Part shown: piece after piece, positions 15,724 to 25,262 of the stretch
How the letters are laid out: the number at the start of each line of letters is the position of its first letter
Numbering within the stretch: position 1 is the stretch's first letter
From: a virus
Taxonomy: Duplodnaviria > Caudoviricetes
DNA: 64,000 nt
Virus record (IMG/VR): IMGVR_UViG_3300016263_001265
Coordinates: 20,617 to 84,616 of that record
Reading direction: 5' to 3' (one strand)
The notes under the pieces: generated by a model
What the model saw: the letters and a program-made list of their open reading frames with translations, nothing else
Databases searched by the model: none
Told to the model about the DNA's origin: nothing
Position numbers and translations under genes: made by a program

Positions 15724-16925
15724 CTAGTCCTGCATCTCAGGACCTTTAGGTCGTCCCATCCGTCTTTGCTTACAACAAGGGTAAGAATTCCCGCTGGGGC
15801 TTCAACGCCAGCCACCTCCTTGAACCACTGGGACCCACCATCAAGGCTTGGGGACTGGATGTGGGTCCTTGCACCGTGCGTTGCAACTGCAAGGTTGTGG
15901 TAGTGACCAGTAAGCAGCAGCGTCGCGTCTGAAACTGGCTGCATTCCAAGCGCCTGCCTTGCCCACCATCCCTCAATCTTCCCGACGGCATTTCCGCCGC
16001 CCCGTTTTGCCTGATGCCCGTGGGCAAGCGCAACAATCGTACCGTAAACGTCAAGCGTGACGGTAAGATCATTTTTGGGAATTATGAACTTGACGTGGCC
16101 ATACGCCTCTTGGTTTGCATCAAGTATCTCGGCAACCTGCTCAAATACGGCAACGTCGTCGTTGTCACCAAAAGAGGTAAACGCCTTGCCGCCTTTCCTG
16201 TTTTCACCATGATTTCCAGGAACGCAGGCAACAAGAATTTCAGGGGCAAATCGCGACCACTGGGTAATCGCCTTTGTGATAAGCCTTCTTGCAACCGTTA
16301 CCTGCTCTCTCCTGTCAAGGTCGGCCTGGAAGGCCTGCATGTCGTAGTGGCCATCGCAGTTCTCAATGATGTCACCGAGACCAACAACCACCAGCTTGGA
16401 GAGCGGCGTACCAGACTTTCTAAGATCTTTCCACCTGGACTCGACCTCGTTGATGCCAGCAAGGAATCTCTCGACAATCTTCTTGCTACCGCCGCCTTCA
16501 CCCTTTCCGAGCTGGAGGTCGGATATCGTAACCACGAGCGCAGAGCCGCCATCTTCTACAGACGGCCTTGAGAACTTGTGCTTTTTTATCTCGTCTATGA
16601 TTTCTTTTACTTCTGCGCCTGACTCTGCCGTCTTTCTTACAACCTTTCCCTTCCACTGCCTATTGAGAACGCCAAGCGTGTCTCCCCAAACATTGAAAAG
16701 AACTGGCTCAACAACTTCAAACTTTTCTGGGTCAAGACCCCAGACCTTGAGTACGGTGCTCCAGTCTGGCGCATTTTCTGCTGGCATACCAGTGGTTGTG
16801 ACAGTGCCTTCGTTTCCGTTCCACGTAACCCCTGGCTCCCAGCCCTCTGGGTGCTGTCTCTTTGGCCTTCTTTCAGCCTGCAGTTCTGTTTGTATTGCTT
16901 TTATCTCGTCTATCGGACTAGACAT
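15720..16925 (-). CDS. calcineurin-like metallophosphoesterase (MRE11-like of actinophages)
   Basis: SDLQLG, GLGDIIEN, PGNHGE, AHGH, GHYH motifs. Confidence 0.85.
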   Translation of the reverse strand: MSSPIDEIKAIQTELQAERRPKRQHPEGWEPGVTWNGNEGTVTTTGMPAENAPDWSTVLKVWGLDPEKFEVVEPVLFNVWGDTLGVLNRQWKGKVVRKTAESGAEVKEIIDEIKKHKFSRPSVEDGGSALVVTISDLQLGKGEGGGSKKIVERFLAGINEVESRWKDLRKSGTPLSKLVVVGLGDIIENCDGHYDMQAFQADLDRREQVTVARRLITKAITQWSRFAPEILVACVPGNHGENRKGGKAFTSFGDNDDVAVFEQVAEILDANQEAYGHVKFIIPKNDLTVTLDVYGTIVALAHGHQAKRGGGNAVGKIEGWWARQALGMQPVSDATLLLTGHYHNLAVATHGARTHIQSPSLDGGSQWFKEVAGVEAPAGILTLVVSKDGWDDLKVLRCRTS

Positions 16926-17164
16926 TATTCACACCTACATTCTTTCCTGCGATGACGGCCAAGCGTATGGGGCCTAGCGTCATGGCCGTTTTTGAGCAGC
17001 CACCTAGATATGGCAACAAGCTCTATTGTTGAATCTCCAAACGCACGTGTAAGAGCCTCCTTTTCATCGCCGCCGAGCGACTCGAAGATTAGCCCTACGC
17101 TGCATTGGGGCCCCTTCTTCTTGGGGCTCCTCCTCATTTCGTCCAAGATCTGATCTACGGACAT
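16925..17164 (-). CDS. small hypothetical protein coupled to the phosphoesterase
   Basis: AAGGAG RBS; CSVG...TLGRHRRKECRC; stop overlaps the next ATG. Confidence 0.65.
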   Translation of the reverse strand: MSVDQILDEMRRSPKKKGPQCSVGLIFESLGGDEKEALTRAFGDSTIELVAISRWLLKNGHDARPHTLGRHRRKECRCE

Positions 17165-17263
17165 GCTTTCTCCTTGTCTTTTCGGCAGGAAGATTCCTGC
17201 AGATGGATACTATCACGTATGCGTATACTTGTCCACATAGATACAAAAATGTGGTGGATATAT

Positions 17264-17297
17264 AAGAGGCCCTGGCGGGGCGACGCCAGGGCCTCTT
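17264..17297 (-). terminator. perfect 14-bp hairpin, probable terminator of the lysis/tail transcript
   Basis: AAGAGGCCCTGGCG / CGCCAGGGCCTCTT with a 6-nt loop, just downstream of the 17322-17471 gene. Confidence 0.65.
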
Positions 17298-17321
17298 GTG
17301 GTGGGGGCGCGGGACCCCCTG

Positions 17322-17471
17322 CTACCTACCGAAGATTCTGCTCAAGATTCCGCCGCTCTTAGCAGCCGCACTCTTCTTCTTTTCCGCCTTTTTCGTAGCT
17401 TTTGGGGCCGACTTCTTCTTTCCAGCAGCCTTCTTGCTAACCGGCTTCTTTGGAGCTTTCTTACCAGACAT
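17322..17471 (-). CDS. Lys/Ala-rich histone-H1-like peptide (49 aa)
   Basis: Hand-translated MSGKKAPKKPVSKKAAGKKKSAPKATKKAEKKKSAAAKSGGILSRIFGR; lies between the holin gene and a terminator. Confidence 0.7.
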   Translation of the reverse strand: MSGKKAPKKPVSKKAAGKKKSAPKATKKAEKKKSAAAKSGGILSRIFGR

Positions 17472-17526
17472 TTCAGTGCCCTTTCACTTTATTACTACCA
17501 AGCGGTAGCAAGGCAAGTATACCAGA

Positions 17527-17910
17527 TTACTTCTTGTCTTCAACTTCGTCTGGGTCGTAGGCTTCGTTTGCCAGGCTCCCAGCCAGCTCGTCAGCAATGC
17601 CGTCACCGTCGGTATCAATGGCTGAACCGGCGATATGGGCAGTAGAGGCCTTTTCGGCGGCTACAGCCTTGGCCTTCCCAACCCCGAACTTGCCATCCTC
17701 TGGGTTCAGGGCGCGGACAATAACCTGCAGGCACGCGGCCAGACCGGCTGAAATGACCGTCCTGAAGTCCCCGCCACTGATGTCGAGAAGGGGAATGCCG
17801 AGACCCAAGGCAACCGCGATTGACGTTGCAATGAATGCGCGAGCTGCTTCCAGAAGCATTTCGTCAATACCGGTGTTGTCCTTAATCCAAATTAGTGCGC
17901 TCTTAATCAT
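17527..17910 (-). CDS. putative holin
   Basis: Two hydrophobic segments and VRALNPED motif as in actinophage holin-like proteins; follows the endolysin candidate. Confidence 0.65.
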   Translation of the reverse strand: MIKSALIWIKDNTGIDEMLLEAARAFIATSIAVALGLGIPLLDISGGDFRTVISAGLAACLQVIVRALNPEDGKFGVGKAKAVAAEKASTAHIAGSAIDTDGDGIADELAGSLANEAYDPDEVEDKK

Positions 17911-17923
17911 TTAATATCTCCTA

Positions 17924-18547
17924 TCACTTCTTCTCGATAATAATGACGTGCTTGAATGGCGGAGCGTTGTGCTCGCCCGACACGCGCTTTGAGTCGGCAA
18001 TTGCCTTGAGCTGAGCCTCGGTCACATTGACCGCAAACTGCTCCTTGCCCTTGCCAGACCTTGTTGGGCAGGCCCACATCCAGCCCTCTACGGGGTCCCA
18101 AGCAGCCGCGGTCATATGACCATAGCCACTGGTAATGTGAGTCTTGTCTTTCTTTGCCCAATACTTGGCCCAACCGGCGTGCCAGGCGCTAACCTCAACC
18201 TCTTTCGGGTAGCCAATCGGCTGCTGGACCCACACAATCAGGGCGGCGCCCTTCTTGCAGCTGTTCACAACATCAGTCCAGTCCTTTGCCCATCTGGCGT
18301 TTGCGCCGAGCACTTTGGCGGTTTTCATAAGGTCGCCAAGTGAAGAGCCGTTGTCGGACACGCCCTGCTTGTCCTTATGCCCGGTTGCCTTCTCTTTGGC
18401 GGCAATACCATCGGCAGCAGAGTAGTCCTTGCCAGGGGCGTATTGGAACACCCACGAAACTGCGGCAGCCGTGCTGGACGGACCACAGTCGTCTAGAATT
18501 CCGCCCTTTTCCTCATGATCAAGCTGAGACTTTACCTTGAACTTCAT
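17924..18547 (-). CDS. peptidase C39-like protein, putative endolysin
   Basis: SQL...DCGPSSTAAAV (Gln/Cys) and YGHMTA (His) papain-like motifs; position between tail fibre and holin. Confidence 0.7.
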   Translation of the reverse strand: MKFKVKSQLDHEEKGGILDDCGPSSTAAAVSWVFQYAPGKDYSAADGIAAKEKATGHKDKQGVSDNGSSLGDLMKTAKVLGANARWAKDWTDVVNSCKKGAALIVWVQQPIGYPKEVEVSAWHAGWAKYWAKKDKTHITSGYGHMTAAAWDPVEGWMWACPTRSGKGKEQFAVNVTEAQLKAIADSKRVSGEHNAPPFKHVIIIEKK

Positions 18548-18605
18548 GAAAACCCCCTAACTAGAACCTCATTTGAGGCACTGTCATTTTACCAGCGGGT
18601 GGGGG

Positions 18606-21600
18606 CTATTTCCTGTTTTCCAGTTCTGCGATCTTTGATTCGGCCAAAGAAAGTCTTGCCCTTGCGTCCTTTAGCGAGGATATCAGCGCATATGCAATCT
18701 GATAGATGTCTATTCCGGCAATCGTATCTTTTGTTTTTGGCGTCATGGCAGAAGGAAGAACGGACGCAATCTCTTGCGCGATTACGCCTATGGATACTCC
18801 CTCCTTTGAGGGGGTAAAGTACCCTTCTGACCTTACCTTTTCCAGATCCCACTCAAATGAGTATATGTTTATCTTGTCTATTGCCGAAGGGTCGATTTGA
18901 TACAAAGATATGTTTTTCTTATAGTCTGCGTCAGAAAACGAGTTGCTTGTGCTCAATGTGCCCCTAATCAGCAGGCCGCCGGTTTCATTCAAGACCATGT
19001 TTTTTGTCAGCGATGACCCGTTCCACTCGCCAAATGTTACCGACTCTCCGCTCGGAACAGCAAAGTCACCCTCTGCACCAGAGGCGGAAACATACAGTGC
19101 TGGCGCCCCACTTGGGTTCAAGTTGACGTTTTGCATAACCGCATCAACGGCTGTTAGCGTACCTCCGTTGCTTACGTCAAAGTTGCCTCCTATTGACAAG
19201 GAACCGCCTGTAATCGTAATGTCAGATGCGGAAACCGCCCCAGCAGTGTCTACGGTGAATGCATCGTTGATGTTGATTGATCCGCCAGTAATAGAGCCAC
19301 CTGTAACGTCAATATTTGCCGCCGTGACTGCACCTGAATTTGAAACCTGAAAATCACCGCTTCCAAAATTTATTCCGCCACCGGTTATTGTAATGTCACT
19401 CGCGGTTACCCTTCCGTCAAAGTCCACAGTGAAATTAGGGGAAGATATTGCAAGGTCGTCAACCTTGATTTCTACCGTTCCTGTGATTTGCGTCAAAGGA
19501 ACAGAGCCGCTTGAGTTGCTTGTAAACCTGATGACTCTGCCGTTTGACACCGTACCGTTCGTGTCGGACTGCGGGGTGATGTCGCCAGCGGATAGATTAA
19601 ACAGCCTTATAGTTCTTCCAGTTGTTGCCGATGCATACGGAGATATCGAGGTGAGTGAGACGGGCGTTGCCGCAGATGTCGCGTGCGTGTAGTTTATTGT
19701 CCTGTAGTTGTTGAACGAGCCACCGCTGGCAGATCCTGGCGTGACAAATGCGGCTGTCAGTCCTGATACAACCAGAGTCTTTCCGTTGTCAACTTTTGCC
19801 CCAGACAAAACCTGCGTATCAGACACTGGAACTAGTGCCACGGGCGAACCACCAGTTCCAGCAGATATTGGAAGTGTATAGGTTACAGAACAGTAGTTTG
19901 TCGCGTACGCCGCAGTCGTTGTGGCAATGTTTATGTTTGAACCGGCAGCAAGATACACATAGAAGTTTTTCCCAGTGTCGGCAATCCCAGACGCCGCTGT
20001 CAATGCAACGTTTGGCGTGTTTAGCGAGTATGTGAATGTGCTTGGATTGTTTCCAGAAGGAACGGTTGCAATAAACGATCCGCTGTACGGGACGGGCAGG
20101 CCGGTGATTTTCACCGTGTCGCCGCTCAATATACCATGCGCCATTGCCGTTGTTATTGTAACCACGTTGCTCGTGACTTGATATGATATTATGCTTGCTC
20201 CGGTTCCAACAACCTTTTTCCCTCCGTTGTAGTCACTGGCGGCACCAGAAATAGAAACGTAGTCTCCGTTTTTAAATGCAACGGGGGTAGATGTAGAAAA
20301 TATACCGTATCTTACCGGCGGAGTAGAGTCGTATACAGCGATTGCAAACGTGGCGACTGTATCTGATGGGGTATATGCCCATACACCTGGATCGTCTGAT
20401 GTTGCTGTTGTCAGGGTTTTTGTTGCAAGTGCAATTGTTGCGTTTGTTCCGGAAGTGTTTGTTCCATGTTTGGAAAAACCAAGAAGTGAGTATCCTGCAG
20501 GTGGCGTTACCGAGGTGACGTTTACGTCGTCAATTGCAAGCCCGGTGAGGATGACTGCGTTCTGCGTTGATCCAGGAACAGTTACAAGACCGGGATCAAC
20601 AGTATTGCCAGTGTTGACATACGTAGAAAGAGCAATCGTTCTTCCGGAACCGCTAGACCTAAAGACCTGGGTTCTTGCGACTGTTGCGGTGCTTGTCCCG
20701 GTGACTACAAGGGTTGGAACCGTTACGCCCGATTGAACAGTGTAAGAAAACAGAGAAACAGAAGGATCTGATCCACCTGTATTTGATCCAACCTTTACCC
20801 ACCCAACGCTTGTCGTTGCGTGCTGTGTTCCAGTGCTTTCGTCAGATGCAACCGCGCAAACAATGAGGTCTCCAACCTTGAGATCTGCTGCCGCTGGAGG
20901 CGTAACCTGCACAGATGTCGTACCAGTTGCCTGAGTTGTCAAACCGGAAACCACGCTTATTGACGGAGGAACAGAAGAAATATTGAAAGCTTGCGTCCTT
21001 ATGATTGGAGAGTCTGTCCTTGTTGCGGTAAAAACCCCGTCATACGGAGACCCAAGGCCAGAAACCACTATCGTCTCGTTTGCCGATATTCCGTGATACC
21101 TTGAAGTTCTTATCGTGGCAACGTTTGATACTCGGGAATAGTCTTCGACCGCAGATCCAAAGTCATGCGCTGTCCTGGTGCCATTTATTCCGGCAGTTCC
21201 TGTTGCAAGGATTTCAACGGAGTCTCCAGAGACAACCGAATGGGGAGTCGTAGAAACAAGAGTTGCGTACGTGTCTTGTCCTTGCGTCGGGACAAGGTCT
21301 GTGCCGAGGGCAGTCGGTACTCCCTGCGCCTTGAGCGCAGTGGCGTTCAATATGCTTCCTATGGACGTGGCTGTCGTGTTGGCGTCTGTGTCTGCACCCG
21401 TTATTGTTACCGAGTTTCCAGAGTCAAAGGCGTGCCAGTTGAGCGTTCTTACCGACACGGCTGATCCCCACTTGGTTTTGTGGGTAACGTCTTCGTCGGT
21501 GTGCTCAGCCGGAACGTCGGTCAGATTCATCGACGTATCTATTCCAGTTATCGTCACAAGCTGACCAGGAGATATTGCGTGTTCCTGGTTAAGCGATATT

Positions 21601-24600
21601 GCTCCTGTGGTACCGTTTTTTGCCTTTCTTGAGGTTGGAACGCTTAGTTCAGATATCGTTCTCGCCCCGTCAAATCCAGTCCCGGCTCCAGCGATGTTGA
21701 TGGTAAGCCCTGTCTCTGTAACACCATGTTCTCTTAGCGTCCAAACAGTCGCGTTGCTTCCGGATCTGTACTTGTAATAAAGGGTTCTTGTTCCAAGCGT
21801 TTCACCCCACCTGTTGTCTATGGTAATTTTCCCAGCCTTGAGTACCGATGCGTCTATTCCCGCAGCAGAAATAAGTCCCGTTGTGATAGAGCCAACAACA
21901 ACGTCTGAGGTGTTGATTGCGTTTTCCCAGGTCGTTCCCCCAACGGCAACCTTCCGCAGGCCAGGCGGCGTTCCGCCAAGGTGATACACGATCATTCCCT
22001 CTGGATATCTTGCCCTTAGCGCAGCACTGTTTGCTATGTCTGGCAAATCGCTTCCAGATATGATTTGAAGCGGTCTGAGGCTTGATTCAAGTTTATCAAT
22101 TGTTATAGATCCGTCTCCAATGTCAATTTGCGTTGCGTTGGGGGTTGTTGGATTTGTCGGATCTGAGTATTTACTGAATGTTCCATCTGTTGATATGGCC
22201 CTTACCCTATATCGATACTGAAGAGCCGTTATCAAGCCAGTGTCGTTTGCATACGTTGCATTTGTGTTTTGAATTGTTCTAAAGTCGTTGAAGTTGTAGT
22301 AGGCATATCCGTCTACGTCTACGCTGTCTATTGTTCCGCTTTCCAGGCAAACGTATTCAAAGCTGTTTGTGTACGTTTGTGAAACTACCCACTGGCCGTT
22401 TAAGGATAAAATGCTTTCGTCTTCTGAGTCTATCTCTATTCTAACTGTGTCATTTGCAACCATTCCGTGTGGAGTCTCTGTTTCAACCGTAACAGTTGAT
22501 CCCGAGCGAGAAACGGTAGCTATTTCCTTGAATATTGCGTCTTGCCTTTGAAGCTCAAACGAAGAAAGGTTTTTGTTTATTTCAACATCTTGATCAAATC
22601 TCCAGGAAAGAGATATCATTTTTTCGTTTGCGGAAACGGTCACATCCGTTGGTGTGTCCGGAACTGGCGGAACTGGATTTACATCGTCAAGCTCTTTTAT
22701 CTTTTCGCTCAGGCGTATAAACGCGCTTCTCTGAAGGCGGATGTCGCCGCCGACCGTGATCGTATAGACGACATCCATTCCCATCATTCTCGCCTGCACC
22801 GACTTGACAATAAGCGGCTTGGCAACGCCAACAAGCGTCCACAGGAAAGGTATTACCTGGCCAACTTCAGGTACAGGGTAGGTTGAGCCAGATGCGCTTG
22901 ATGGGCGCATCTCAAAGGTATACGATTCGATCGGCAAGCCGTTTTCTTTCCAGAAACCTTCTGCGGCAAGTTCTGCATCCTCAAGGGTTTCTACCCTTTC
23001 GTCGGTGATTGCCGCCTCAACTATCTTCCCGTTTGTTGCCCATATTCCTGGAACAAAGTCGTAGTCGACATACTGTACTGGATTTCCGCTGCCGTCTGTC
23101 AGCGCGACCTTGTTTCCGTTTTCGTCTTTTGTCCTGAAAACGGCGTACAGATGAAGCCTGTTTACCGATGCGCCAGACTCTACCGGGCTGCTTGGAACTT
23201 CCATCTCGTAAACTGGGACAGCGTATGAAACAGAGTCCTCAAAGTCGCCATATGCCATTTGGCCAGTAATTTCTATTGCACTCCAGTCGGTAAACGATGC
23301 AGATCCGTGTTGCTGGGTCGTGCATGTCCCCCTCAGGCCAAATGAAACAGCATTGGCAGGAACTTCAACAATCTTCCAGATTCTTTCCCAAGAATGAACC
23401 GATTCTCCAGTGAGGTTTCCTATATGAGTTGAACTTATCTCTGCCCCGGCAGAGTTGTACCAATCAACATATGCGCCCCATCTATTTTGATGATCTGATA
23501 CATGCCCCCTGACGGAAACAAAATACTTTTTCCCAACAGATGTAGGGACTCTTTTGTCTGTTGATGTCTCTATTGACGTGTTGGACGTGCTTGATAGAAC
23601 CGTGTATCCGTGGCCGTATGGGCCGCTTGTTGACGATTGCAACGAAAACCCAGAGGCGGTTGTCCACCCGTCGATGTTTCCATCGTACATCCCGTTGAAC
23701 ACAAGCTCTTTCGGAGTCTTTGCTCGATAGTGCAGTTTGCAAGAGTAGTTACCAGACCCGTCTAGCTGCCCCCTGTCTACCCAGTATTCTGCACCTGTTT
23801 TTTCTGATATGTAGTCAAGAACGTTCCTAACAGTTCTTCCTCCGTACTGCTCGGCATTTGCAGTATCGCTCTCTGGAAGATACGGGCTAAATCGATACTG
23901 CGTGTCTACTGCCTCAACTGCTGACGTAACGTCTAGCCCTATCTGGGAAAGCCAGGTTTTTTCAAAAAGACCGCCAAACACGGAAACCGGATATAGCCAA
24001 CTTCTGATGTTGTCTTTTCCAACGCCAAGCCTGTAGTAGCCGCTGTCAAACCAGTTTCCGGAAAGAGTTTGCGTGCTGGCTGGAGTTGAGGCTGGCGAGG
24101 TCAGTTTGTACATTTCGCCGTCCGCGTATCCACGGGGTGATCCGTAGTAGATATCCTCTGGTGATTGCGTGGTCGAGTACGAGGATATATATGCTGCGCC
24201 GCCAGACGATAGAATTGCGTTTGTTATTGAGGCGGCACCGTCTTCACCGTTGTTTTTGTATGTGATCCTGTTTTGCGCTGGAACGCTGTTGATAACCACA
24301 TAATCTTCAATCGCAACGGAAAATCCTGGAGTCTGAGGAATGCTAACAACAATCGGGTCTCCAACCGAAAGGCCGTGAGAAGACTCTGTTTGAATTGTTA
24401 CTATGTTTGAAGATCTTGATGCCGATGTTATCTTGATCGAAGAAAGAAGCGCCCTCGACTCTCTTGCCAGATAACTTTCGCTTGAAGACCCACTTCCGGC
24501 AGTTTTTACTATATAAATCCTGTGCCTATTTGCGTTTCCTGCGGTTTTCCACTTTACCTTGATGCTTTGAGTTGAGGTCCCGGCCGAAAGCGTAATTGTA

Positions 24601-25262
24601 TACGGCTTTGTAACTGGACCAATTTGTGGCGCCTGACCGTCTCTTCCTGGGATTGTTGTTGACAGCGCTTGCGCCCTGATCTCATATGTTCCGTCCGTAA
24701 GAGAGCCGCCAGTAGACTGCGATGTCGCCGAGAGACCGTCAACCTGGCCAACAACAGCAGGAAGGGCGCCAGCGAGGGTGTATGTCGTCTCTGTGCTGCC
24801 GGTGATGATATCAATGTCTCTCGAGTCTCTTGGCGCGTAATAGTCGGCAACAATGTGCTCTTCAAGCATCGCAGTGTTGTCGGCGCATTCAATATTCTGA
24901 GTTACCGTTCCACCTTCTCTTGATGTTGAAACCCTGGTGACCACGCCAGAAAACAAGACGGTGTCTGGAGATGTTGAGGTATCAAATATGATGACTTCTG
25001 TCTTGTTTGGGATTTCAATGACAAAAGACTCGTCAAGTATTGCCGCATTAAGCTTGTCTGCAAACGTCGCCCCAGAGTAGTCGTATACCGTCCCTTGGTA
25101 TGCTGGCAATATTGTCCACAGCTTTATCGTGGCTGTTGCGCTTGTTCCCTCGCTATTGCTTTCCCAGCTCAGGTTTTCGTAGTCGACGCGCGGGCTGATG
25201 TCATAGAAAGCCTGGGTCTGCCCCTCGTACTTAAGCCGAGCAAATATCTTTACCGTTGCCAT
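18606..25262 (-). CDS. central tail fibre/hub protein with FN3, carbohydrate-binding-like, FCCH-like repeat domains and C-terminal S74 chaperone
   Basis: Directly after the tape measure; S74 motif SDADYKKNI...IGVIAQEI...coiled coil; FN3 YRYRVRAIS; repeated T-x-x-x-HG-x-x-x-GD-x-V-x-I-x-G. Confidence 0.85.
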   Translation of the reverse strand: MATVKIFARLKYEGQTQAFYDISPRVDYENLSWESNSEGTSATATIKLWTILPAYQGTVYDYSGATFADKLNAAILDESFVIEIPNKTEVIIFDTSTSPDTVLFSGVVTRVSTSREGGTVTQNIECADNTAMLEEHIVADYYAPRDSRDIDIITGSTETTYTLAGALPAVVGQVDGLSATSQSTGGSLTDGTYEIRAQALSTTIPGRDGQAPQIGPVTKPYTITLSAGTSTQSIKVKWKTAGNANRHRIYIVKTAGSGSSSESYLARESRALLSSIKITSASRSSNIVTIQTESSHGLSVGDPIVVSIPQTPGFSVAIEDYVVINSVPAQNRITYKNNGEDGAASITNAILSSGGAAYISSYSTTQSPEDIYYGSPRGYADGEMYKLTSPASTPASTQTLSGNWFDSGYYRLGVGKDNIRSWLYPVSVFGGLFEKTWLSQIGLDVTSAVEAVDTQYRFSPYLPESDTANAEQYGGRTVRNVLDYISEKTGAEYWVDRGQLDGSGNYSCKLHYRAKTPKELVFNGMYDGNIDGWTTASGFSLQSSTSGPYGHGYTVLSSTSNTSIETSTDKRVPTSVGKKYFVSVRGHVSDHQNRWGAYVDWYNSAGAEISSTHIGNLTGESVHSWERIWKIVEVPANAVSFGLRGTCTTQQHGSASFTDWSAIEITGQMAYGDFEDSVSYAVPVYEMEVPSSPVESGASVNRLHLYAVFRTKDENGNKVALTDGSGNPVQYVDYDFVPGIWATNGKIVEAAITDERVETLEDAELAAEGFWKENGLPIESYTFEMRPSSASGSTYPVPEVGQVIPFLWTLVGVAKPLIVKSVQARMMGMDVVYTITVGGDIRLQRSAFIRLSEKIKELDDVNPVPPVPDTPTDVTVSANEKMISLSWRFDQDVEINKNLSSFELQRQDAIFKEIATVSRSGSTVTVETETPHGMVANDTVRIEIDSEDESILSLNGQWVVSQTYTNSFEYVCLESGTIDSVDVDGYAYYNFNDFRTIQNTNATYANDTGLITALQYRYRVRAISTDGTFSKYSDPTNPTTPNATQIDIGDGSITIDKLESSLRPLQIISGSDLPDIANSAALRARYPEGMIVYHLGGTPPGLRKVAVGGTTWENAINTSDVVVGSITTGLISAAGIDASVLKAGKITIDNRWGETLGTRTLYYKYRSGSNATVWTLREHGVTETGLTINIAGAGTGFDGARTISELSVPTSRKAKNGTTGAISLNQEHAISPGQLVTITGIDTSMNLTDVPAEHTDEDVTHKTKWGSAVSVRTLNWHAFDSGNSVTITGADTDANTTATSIGSILNATALKAQGVPTALGTDLVPTQGQDTYATLVSTTPHSVVSGDSVEILATGTAGINGTRTAHDFGSAVEDYSRVSNVATIRTSRYHGISANETIVVSGLGSPYDGVFTATRTDSPIIRTQAFNISSVPPSISVVSGLTTQATGTTSVQVTPPAAADLKVGDLIVCAVASDESTGTQHATTSVGWVKVGSNTGGSDPSVSLFSYTVQSGVTVPTLVVTGTSTATVARTQVFRSSGSGRTIALSTYVNTGNTVDPGLVTVPGSTQNAVILTGLAIDDVNVTSVTPPAGYSLLGFSKHGTNTSGTNATIALATKTLTTATSDDPGVWAYTPSDTVATFAIAVYDSTPPVRYGIFSTSTPVAFKNGDYVSISGAASDYNGGKKVVGTGASIISYQVTSNVVTITTAMAHGILSGDTVKITGLPVPYSGSFIATVPSGNNPSTFTYSLNTPNVALTAASGIADTGKNFYVYLAAGSNINIATTTAAYATNYCSVTYTLPISAGTGGSPVALVPVSDTQVLSGAKVDNGKTLVVSGLTAAFVTPGSASGGSFNNYRTINYTHATSAATPVSLTSISPYASATTGRTIRLFNLSAGDITPQSDTNGTVSNGRVIRFTSNSSGSVPLTQITGTVEIKVDDLAISSPNFTVDFDGRVTASDITITGGGINFGSGDFQVSNSGAVTAANIDVTGGSITGGSININDAFTVDTAGAVSASDITITGGSLSIGGNFDVSNGGTLTAVDAVMQNVNLNPSGAPALYVSASGAEGDFAVPSGESVTFGEWNGSSLTKNMVLNETGGLLIRGTLSTSNSFSDADYKKNISLYQIDPSAIDKINIYSFEWDLEKVRSEGYFTPSKEGVSIGVIAQEIASVLPSAMTPKTKDTIAGIDIYQIAYALISSLKDARARLSLAESKIAELENRK

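Noticed and set aside
17229-17237. Single TTGTCCACA DnaA-like box
   Set aside because: An isolated 9-mer with no neighbouring boxes; compatible with chance
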